From: Eledone cirrhosa
Lineage: Eukaryota
Direction: 5' to 3'
Assembly (NCBI GenBank): GCA_964016885.1
Contig: OZ024743.1
Location: 238,948,001 to 239,012,000, forward strand
DNA: 64,000 nt
Within the stretch, counting starts at the first letter, position 1. The number at the start of each line of letters is the position of its first letter. Shown piece after piece: positions 54,901 through 64,000 of the stretch. Position numbers and translations under genes: made by a program. A model generated the notes under the pieces. The model made no database searches, was not told where the DNA came from, and worked only from the letters and a program-made list of their open reading frames with translations.

Positions 54901-55957
54901 AAGACCGAGAAAACTGGGCGCATGGCACACTGAGTGTGCCCAGGCGCTCACCGCCCTCTGGCAGGCGGATCCGGTTATCAGTGGAGACTCCACCGCAACA
55001 TTCTATAGAGGGCTGGTACGCAGCAGGTGCGACGACGCCCTCGGAGAAGCCCTAGACATGGAGGAGGACGAACTGGCCAGCCTGTTCGGTAGGACATTCA
55101 GCCCGTGACCTATGGACAACTTCCAGAAGTCCCTGGCCTGGCAGTGCTACCAAGGAGCTTTACCCGTTCGAGAAAGGCTCTACAGACACGGGCGCCCGGG
55201 TAGGGACCCCGCCAAAAAGATCTGTCCCAGATGCGTGTGCGACGAGGAAACCGTTGCACACGCATTGGTACACTGCTCGGGCGTAGCCGATCTGTGGGGC
55301 TATGTCGAACAACTGCTGTCAAGGGTGGGACCGATCCGGTTGACCACCGAGTCTATTGTAATGATCAAGCCGCCTCCCCCCTTCAAAGATGAAGCAGAGG
55401 CGGTGTTTCTGTGCGTAATAGCCATGGCGAAAGAGGTTGTATGGTGGACGCGTCTGAAAGGACTGAGGTCAGGTACCTTTCTCTCTGGCCAACAACTGGT
55501 CCGTTTCTTCCGATATCATTTCGGAAGAAGGATCAGGATGGAGAGAGAGGTGCTGCACCCCAGTCGTTTTTATGAAAGGTGGGTGAAAGTGGCGAGAATG
55601 GCCCGTGTGAATGGGCCTTCACTCTACATCAGACTATAGGTGAGGAAGATGAAAGACCAAGGGAGAACCCCTTCTCTGTGTTCCTGAGGAAAAGGGTTGC
55701 ACACTTTTTCGGGGGTGTGTGCGACCCCCCAAGGCGCCTCCTCTCTATTGAGGATTTTGTTATAAATTTCATTTTTTGTTATATTTTATAACAAAATCCT
55801 CTATTGAGGATTTTGTTATAATTCTATTTTTTGTTATATTTTATTTTATTTTTATATATTGTTATTGCCTCCTCCCTATTGAGGACGCCTTGTTTTGTAA
55901 ACTCCCCCCATTGTAATTGTCCCACTTTTGATGCCCTTGTGGCAAATAAAAGAAACA
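51947..55957 (+). mobile_element. L1/Tx1-clade LINE copy 1 (5'-truncated in ORF1)
   Basis: ORF1 tail, near-intact ORF2, 3' UTR with AATAAA; flanked by tatctatct. Confidence 0.95.
52202..55639 (+). CDS. LINE ORF2: APE endonuclease, reverse transcriptase, C-terminal CCHC finger; one internal TGA at 55106-55108
   Basis: LNARGL, GDWN, SYLDRF; KSPGLDGL, NFRPITLLN, LDQSKAFDRV, IRQGCPLS, YADD; CPRC...ETVAHALVHC. Confidence 0.95.
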
Positions 55958-56556
55958 TATCTATCTTTGGGATGGACACACGCGTGAAACTTGCTGGGTA
56001 AGTTCTGCCTAAATTTCTCTCGAAATTCCTAACTGTGAACCTTCATTTTCATATCAACTTGTCGAGGGACTGCCAGGTCAAATTTGATCTGGTCAGTCTC
56101 TCAAAATATTCTACGCCTTTAGGCGAAATAGTACATAGACATTTTTTTTTTAGGGGGTGAAAGCTAACATTTAAAAAAAAAATGGCTAAAGTTTCTTCAC
56201 CAACATTCGAAGGGGGAAAGGGGAAGATATGCTTACAGCTTCCCCCTGCCACTGTCATAGTAGCAGATGTCAACGACAAAGGTCAGCCAGCGGTAGAATT
56301 TTCTCCACTTGCTGACCGACAACTTGATATTACCATGGCAACAGATCAAAACAACATAACCAGCGGCACCAGCAACAACAATAACAACAATGCTATGAAC
56401 GAAAACACAACTTCACAAATGAATTCCGCAACCACAGATCAAGCAATTGAGAACAACAACAACAACAACAACAAAAACAACAACAACAACGACAACAATG
56501 ACAACAACAACAACAGCAACAATGATGACAACAACACCAACATCAGCAACAATAAT

Positions 56557-56648
56557 TGTTTCTACTTTTGGCACAAGGCCAGCATTTAACCAGTACATTA
56601 CTGGTACTTTATTTTATCGACCCCGTAAGGATGAAAGGCAAAGTTGAC
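56557..56648 (-). mobile_element. 5'-truncated SINE with TSD
   Basis: ca(t/g)cagcaacaataat at 56541-56556 and 56649-56664. Confidence 0.9.
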
Positions 56649-57018
56649 CAGCAGCAACAATAATGACAACAACACCAACAAGAACAACTGCACAAACAAG
56701 GGGAAAAAAAGGCTCATTTGCACAAACTGTCCAAAATACAGAACTATATACACAGATTGACATCTCTAATGCCAGAGAATTGCTAAGAGATGCCAAGCAA
56801 TATATAACTTTTGGAGAGAAGGGCGCTTTTAGCATCACTTCTGCATAAGAATTCCGTAGAGACACTGTCCTGAAGACCATAGTTTTTAGGACATTCTCAA
56901 ATACCACCAGAAAACAGCTCAATTAACTCAAAACGAAATTGAACTGGTTCTAAGGAACTCCATGAAGGACATTGCCTTCATACAGAAGGGAAAACTCTTC
57001 GGGTTTATCAATAATAAT

Positions 57019-57207
57019 TGTTTCTACGTTAGGCACAAAGCCAGCAATTAACCAGTGCATTACTGGTACTTTATTTTATCGACCCCGTAAGGATGAAAGG
57101 CAAAGTTAACCTCGGCGGGATTTGAACTCAGAATGGCAAGGGCCGTAACTCTATACGTCAAAGCATGGCGTCCGACCCTCTCCCAATACTGCCAATCCAC
57201 CGCCCTA
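57019..57207 (-). mobile_element. Full-length SINE with 16-bp TSD
   Basis: gtttatcaataataat at 57003-57018 and 57208-57223. Confidence 0.93.
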
Positions 57208-58552
57208 GTTTATCAATAATAATGAAAGACCAATTGATGGCACAGAAATATTCTGTGTCGCCAATTGTCTACACCTTTTCCCCCACATACATGGGAAAAA
57301 GGAGCCAAAAAATAAAAATAACAAACATCACACCAAATGTAAACATCTGGAGGATAATAGCTGGTTTCAACAATTTTGATGAAGGCACAATAATTTCGGT
57401 AGGAAAGTCCTCCAGGGGCATATTCAACGGTACAAGCGTAGAAGTTCTGGTCCAAATGAGACCAGAACGGATAGCTCAAATACCACAACGTGTGCCTCTG
57501 GATGGAAATTCCTACATAAACATTTCTGTTGAGGGTAGGCAGCCTTCATGTTACCACTGTTTAAGCAATGGTCACCTGAGAGCTTCTTGTCCTCAATTAA
57601 CTGCATTGAAAAAAAAGGCACTACTGCCGACACCCAACATAACAACACAACCACCACCACCACCACCACCACCACCACCACAACAACAACAGCAACACAC
57701 AAAAACAAACCAAACTGCAAACACAGAACACAGTCCCACCCAACCCCTCCCCACCTAAAACAACTCCAGAAACACCCACACACATAACAGCTCCTCAAAA
57801 TGTACCTCTCCCCAACAACACGGATGAGGCCTCATCATCGTCACCCAGTGACGGTGAGGGAGAGCCTTTCCGACCAGTAAAAAGAAAAAAGAAAAGACAT
57901 AACACAAAACAAAAATGCAACAAACACACAAACACCAATACAAGCGACGCAAACAGCACAAACAAAAACACCGCCCCCTGAAAACGAAACACCTACTACA
58001 AAACGTAAACACACACAAGAACCACAGAAAAAAAGCAACACAACACAACAAAAATGTTACACCTACATAAATACTAACAATAAAACTTTAACAGACACCA
58101 TATATAAAAACCCTTCGGTGGATACCGAAGGGAAAACTTTTACACACTCTGCGGAGAATCCTAATCTTAAAAGGATTAGGATCTCCATGGACACACATAA
58201 ACAGTTAAAGGAAAAATTTCCTAACGACGTAGGTACCCCCTGCATCAAACCCTATAACCGCGTCCTTTTGAAATGTTTCCCCACCCCCACCCCAGACACT
58301 CCCACCCAAGACGCCCCCACCCCACCTGAAACCCCCTCCCCACCAAATATATGCGTCCCCACCCCACCAAAAAAAACCTCCAACACCCCCATGGAAATTG
58401 TGCAGTCTGGTCCCAGGAGACGAAGAGAAACCACCACCCATCAAACATACCCTCCAACACCCCATGGAAATTGTGCAGCCTGGTCCCCAGGAGACGAAAA
58501 GCCCGATACCCGGGACGCAGAGAAGTAAGTGCTTTTTCTCTTCACCACCAAC

Positions 58553-61500
58553 ATGGCTATGCTAAGAGTAGGCTGTCTAAATGCGCGTGGCCTGGGCTCA
58601 ACTTGGAAGCAAGCAATGCTTCTAAATGACCTCAGGTCACAACGTATAGATGTGATGGTTATTTGCGAGGCCCGGATCAGCAACGTGCGACAGCTGGCCC
58701 CCACCTTTGATGACTTTGAGATGCACGCATCTCTCTGTCAGCCCGGAGGTGGAGGTGGGGTTGTCGTTCTGCAGCAAAAACATCTGGGTTTCACAACACA
58801 GACGGTACATTTGGACCCGGAGGGTCGACTAGTGGTTCTGGACCTTGGCAGTGGTGAAGGTGGAGCGTTTAGGCTGGTAGTCGCCTACGACCCTTTCGGG
58901 TCAACGCGGCCGGACTTCTTCCATCGTCTGGAGACTTTTCTGGGGACGTCCCGCTCCTTGCTATTAGTGGGGGACTGGAATGGTATCCTAGATGCATGTT
59001 GGGAGTACGTAGGGGCCTGTCCCGATAGAGAGGGGTGTAACAGCCTCAAAGGGTTAATCGGTCGATTTGACCTGGCCGATAGATATCGACTAGATTTTCC
59101 GACTGCGCCAACCTGGACTTGGGTAAACCGCAGCGGATCATCTATGTCGTGCCTAGATAGGTTCTTAGTTAGACATAAGGATAAGGACTTTGTAAGTTGT
59201 CCAAAAATGCTCATGGTTGGCTATTCACACCACAAGTTAGTGGCCTGCATGGTCAACCTTGACAGTACGCATAGACAGGGACCCGGTTACTGGAGGCTCA
59301 ACTTGTCCTTACCGACAAGTAAGGCTTACAGGGACCGGATTAGCACTTTAGTTAAGGAGCGGTTGACGGGCGCCATCGTCAACAGCAGGTGGTGGAGATC
59401 TATAGAATTTAGTAAGGATTTAGCCTCAATTAGAAATAGGAAAAAAAGGGAGTTGGTAGATAGTGTAGATGAGGCAATTAGAAGCGGTGACGTGGCCAGA
59501 GTGCTAGCGTCGAGAACGGCCCTTGGCCAGTTCTTCGACGCAAAACACGAAGGCTGCATCGTCCGAAGCAAAATACGTGCTCTGGGAAACGACGGGACCA
59601 AAGCTGTTAGCTGTGCCCGCGTGACAGAAGCCAAATGAGGGAGTAGATCCACTATCCGGTCTTTGCGAGACTAGGATGGATGGGTGATCCTTGAACCTAG
59701 GCAGATGTGCGAGGCTTTTCAAAAGCACTTTGCCAGATTGTTCAGAAGGGGCGGGGAGCCGGTTGGGGAAGTGGACTTCGGTCCATACCTCGGCGGCCTG
59801 CCGCGTCTCTCGGTCAGGGAGGCGAAGTCCTGCGAGGAGCCGATATCAGCCGCTGAGATAGAGGACTTGCTGAGCCAATGCGCCAAACGCAAATCGCCGG
59901 GTCTCGATGGTCTCCATATAAACTATATCTAGCTATGCCAGACTTGTTCCTCAATCTCCTCGAGGCGGTCTATTGCAACTGGCAACAGAACGGGAGAATT
60001 CCCTGTGCTGTGACCAAGGGCGTATTCACGCTAGTGAGGAAGGACGAGAACAAGGGGGACGATATAAATAATTTCAGGCCCATAACTCTGCTAAATAGAG
60101 AGTTACAGATTTTGCCCAAGGTGCTAGCAAAGAGGTTGGCGCTTGTCGTGGGCTACCTGGTGGGAGATGCGCAGACATGTGCTATCCCGTCCAGGTCCAT
60201 CCACGACAACCTCCACCTCAAGCGATACATCATAGAAAGGGTTGGTGACGAACCCGGGTTTGGTGGGGCCCTGATCAACTTGGATCAATCAAAGGCGTTC
60301 GATAGGGTCGACCATGGTTACCTGGATGCGGTGCTAGCGGCGGCAGGCTTCGGACTCGTTTTCAGGGGCTGGATCAATGCTATGCATAGCAGCCGCATCT
60401 GCTCTAGGGTCAAGGTGAACGGCTACCTCTCGGAGCCGTTCGAAATCTCGCGGTCAATCCGACAAGGGTGCCCTCTCTCCTCTCTTCTGTATGTAATGAC
60501 TCTAGAGCAACTGCTGCGGAAGTTGGAGTTGTTGCAGGGCATCCCTTTGGAACCGGGATTGCGGAAAGCAGTGTCGGCCTACGCCGATGACGTAACAGTA
60601 ATGGTGTCGACAGCCTCGGAAATCGGAGCGATCGGCACCTTACTGGAGGAGTACGAAAGGTTTACAGGGGCTAGGCTGAACCGAGACAAGTAGATCGGTC
60701 TGCAACTCGGCACGTGGATGGGCAGATCGATGCCCTCCGATGGCGTCGTCGGGCGCTGGACGGAGGGCCCGGTGAAGTTGCTCGGGATCTGGTTTGGACC
60801 AGACCTCCAGGTGGAGAAGAACTGGGGTGAGGTAACGAACAGGGTGTTTGCACTGACCCAGAAGTGGGCCGAGTGCAAACTGTCCCTGAAAGGTCGGGCG
60901 GAGGTGGCGAACACTTATATAGCGTCCGTCATCTATTACCGCTTGACCGTCGTGCCTTGCCCAAGCGAAACGCTCGCCAAAAGGGAGCGCGCACTCTTCC
61001 AATTCCTTTGGATGAAGCGGACTCCTATGGTGATGAGATACATCTGCTGTCAACACACTTCGAAAGGAGGGCTGGGGATGCCGTGGCTAATGATACGGAA
61101 ACACGCATTAAGGCTACGGCACCTCCCGGTATTCCTCACCGGTCAACCGGTGTGGGCCCCGTTTGTGAGGCGAGCCTTTCCCAGACTCGTCTCGCTCACC
61201 GAGCTGCAATCCTGGGTCAAGCAAAGACCGAGAAAACTGGGCGCCTGGCACACCGAGTGTGCCCAGGCGCTCACGGCTCTCTAGCAGGCGGACCCGGCTG
61301 TCAGTGGAGAATCCACCTCGTCATTCTATAGAGGGCTGGTGGTTAGCAGGTGCGACGACGCCCTTGGAGAAGCCCTAGGCATAGAGGAAGACGAACTGGC
61401 CAACCTGTTCGGTAGAACATTCAGCCCGGAACCCATGGATAACTTCCAGAGGTCCCTGGCCTGGCAGTGCTACCGAGGGGCTCAGCCCGTTCGAGAAAGT

Positions 61501-61962
61501 CTCTACAGACACGGGCGCCCAGATAGGGATCCCTCGAAAAAGATCTGTCCCAGATGCGTGTGCGACGAGGAAACCGTTGCACACGCATTGGTACACTGCT
61601 CGGGCATTGCCGATCTGTGGGGCTATGTCGAACAACTGCTGTCAAGGGTGGGACCGATCCGGCTGACCACCGAGTCTATTGTAACGGTCAAGCCCCCCCC
61701 CCTCTTCAAAAACGAAGAAGAGGCGGTGCTTCTGTGCGTAATAGCCATGGCGAAAGAGGTTGTATGGTGGACGCGTCTGAAAGGACTGAGGTCAGGCACC
61801 TTTCTCTCTGGCCAACAACTGGTCCGTTTCTTCCGATATCATTTCGGAAGAAGTATCAGGATGGAGAGAGAGGTGCTGCACCCCAGCCGTTTTTATGAAA
61901 GATGGGTGAAAGTGGCGAGAATGGCCCGTGTGAATGGGCCTTCACTCTACATCAGACTATAG
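58553..61962 (+). pseudogene. LINE ORF2 pseudogene (copy 2)
   Basis: Colinear with 52202-55639; ORF pieces 58529-59638, 59684-59932, 59878-60693, 60718-61284, 61339-61962. Confidence 0.95.
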
Positions 61963-63246
61963 GTGAGGAAGATGAACGATCAAGGGAGCACCCCCTCTCT
62001 GTACTCCTGAGGAGAAGGGTTGCACACTTTTTTCGGGGGTGTGTGCGACCTCCCAAGGCGCCTCCTCCCTATTGAGGATTTTGTTATTAAATTTATTTTT
62101 GTTATATTTTATATATTATTTTATATCTTGTTATTGCCTCCTCCTTATTGAGGACGCCTTTTTATGTAAACTCCCCCCATTGTACTTGTCCCCCTCTTTG
62201 ATGCCCTGGTGGCAAATAAAAAGAAAGTTATCTATCTGTATGTAATGTCCTGGTGGTAAATAAATAGAAAGTTATCTATCTGTATGTATGTATGTATGTA
62301 TGTATGTATGTATGTATGTATGTATGTATGTATGTATGTATGTATGTATGTATGTATGTATGTATGTATGCATGTATGTGTGTGTGTGTGTGTGAGTGTG
62401 TGTGTGTGTGTATACATTCTGCTCGCTCCATTCAGCTAATCTTTTTGTAGAATAAATCAGCATTTTGTGCTAGATTAAGGTAAAATGTAGCCGTTGGAAA
62501 TTAAAGATCTATAAGGCTTTCATATTCTAACCATGAATGATCATTTCTATGTTTGTTGATTTCGTCAGTAATATATATTTCGTAATGTTATGCTTGTTTG
62601 AAAGAAATGTCTTAATTTTCAGTTAAGAATGAAAGAGAACAAGTGATGATAGAGTGATGATAGAGTATGTATGCATGGTCCCGTAACTCCTGGTAGATTC
62701 GTACCGGTACCGCATTGACATACGGAATTTTAAGACTGGTGGAGCCCATCCCTCTCCAGGCCTGAGTACAGCAGATTTCTTCCAGAGAAAGATAGAGAGA
62801 GGGGGGAAATGAGAAAGAAATATAGAGGAAGAATCGAAACTCAGTACTAAACTGGCACTTTTTTTTATCGACCTCGAAAGGATGAAAGGTAAAGTTGACC
62901 TCGATGGGATTTGAACTCAGAGATGATAGAGTGATGAGTGGTAAATTAATTCCAGATAAACATTTCAACGGTACTCACAGGTCTTTGTTTTAGCTTCATA
63001 TTATTGTTCAGAATCAGATTGATAGAGGAATAGCAAAACAAAGAAATATCAAGAAAACCAATACGGTAGTCATATCGTGTTTACATTTTGGCTGTAGGCA
63101 AGCATCAATTCAAGCATTGCTGAAAAATGTTTTTCCTATCTTCTTACGAGACCCTGCACAAAATTTAATTGACGAGGGTAGAGCAGAAGAGGAGATTGTG
63201 TTTTTGGTCATTCGTCTAACGTATTTCTTTTACGTGGAAAGCTTTG

Positions 63247-63343
<97 letters not shown>

Positions 63344-64000
63344 AATATATATATATATAACTGTGTGTGTGTGTATGATAAAAAATGACAAACACAGAGA
63401 TAAAACAACGCTTAGTGTTATTAAGTTGACGCTTTGAATGAAAGAGAGAAAAGAAATTGAACGTGCCGCATGTTTGTCGTTTATCGTCAGGACAAGAAAA
63501 TAATAGATGGATTAGAAAATAAAATAAAATAAAAGAGACCGTGGGGGGGGGGGGGGGGGGGGGCATCCGAGTGTGTGAGTGTGTTGTTTTTAATTTCTTG
63601 TGTGTATCATATATAATATATAAAGGCAAAGCCAGTATTCGTACAAAACAGACTAGATGACGAGAAAAAGTTTTTGCTAGAAATAGCAGTCAATTTAAAA
63701 TCGTCCTTCATCTGAACAGATATAGGAGCAGTTTATATTTTTATATAAAAAAATTAGTCATCTCAATGAATAATATATATATAAGTATGTATACGTACAT
63801 ACATATATGTATACAGACGTACAGTAGTATGTATATATATATATACATACATGCACGCATATATATATATGTACGTATGGATTCACCGAATATTTATTAT
63901 AATGCTAAGTGTCTTTGTAAACAAACATCCCGAATTAAGCCGTACAATGTCTAGCAACCATCGTTGCTCATTTGTTCAACACTGACAAAGGAACGCTGTA

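Larger units (their letters stand above)
56182..58528 (+). pseudogene. LINE ORF1 (gag-like, zinc knuckle), disrupted by two SINEs and frameshifts
   Basis: FSPTYMGKRSQKIKI...VEGRQPSCYHCLSNGHLRASCP (CX2CX4HX4C). Confidence 0.85.
55967..62228 (+). mobile_element. L1/Tx1-clade LINE copy 2, apparently full length, disabled
   Basis: 5' UTR, ORF1 from 56182, ORF2 with several stops and a frameshift, same 3' UTR as copy 1. Confidence 0.93.

Noticed and set aside
55106-55108. In-frame TGA in ORF2 as selenocysteine/readthrough codon
   Set aside because: Copy 2 has GAA at this codon; both are single changes from GGA, so an ordinary nonsense mutation is simpler

Overview
AT-rich eukaryotic repeat-dominated DNA with no recognisable host protein-coding exon; most ORFs in the track are microsatellite artefacts. 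The tRNA-headed SINE family and dense (TA)n/(CA)n tracts resemble octopod cephalopod genomes (inference from recall, not a search). Content: (i) a large inverted duplication (left arm <=1-5240, right arm 9229->=11785); (ii) many Penelope-like element (PLE) relics (RT and GIY-YIG fragments, inverted pseudo-LTR hairpins at (TA)n) carrying about 20 readable type I hammerhead ribozyme motifs from about a dozen unrelated families, several with non-canonical cores (U3-A8 covariation, U4C, U4A, unpaired 10.1/11.1); (iii) two families of elements with PLE-like foldback architecture that carry a stem-embedded tRNA cloverleaf instead of a hammerhead (best candidate for an undescribed system); (iv) a tandem of L1/Tx1-clade LINEs apparently targeted to (TATC)n; (v) RTE, CRE-like and mariner relics and SINEs with clear TSDs. 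Folds, identities and boundaries were read by eye and are approximate.
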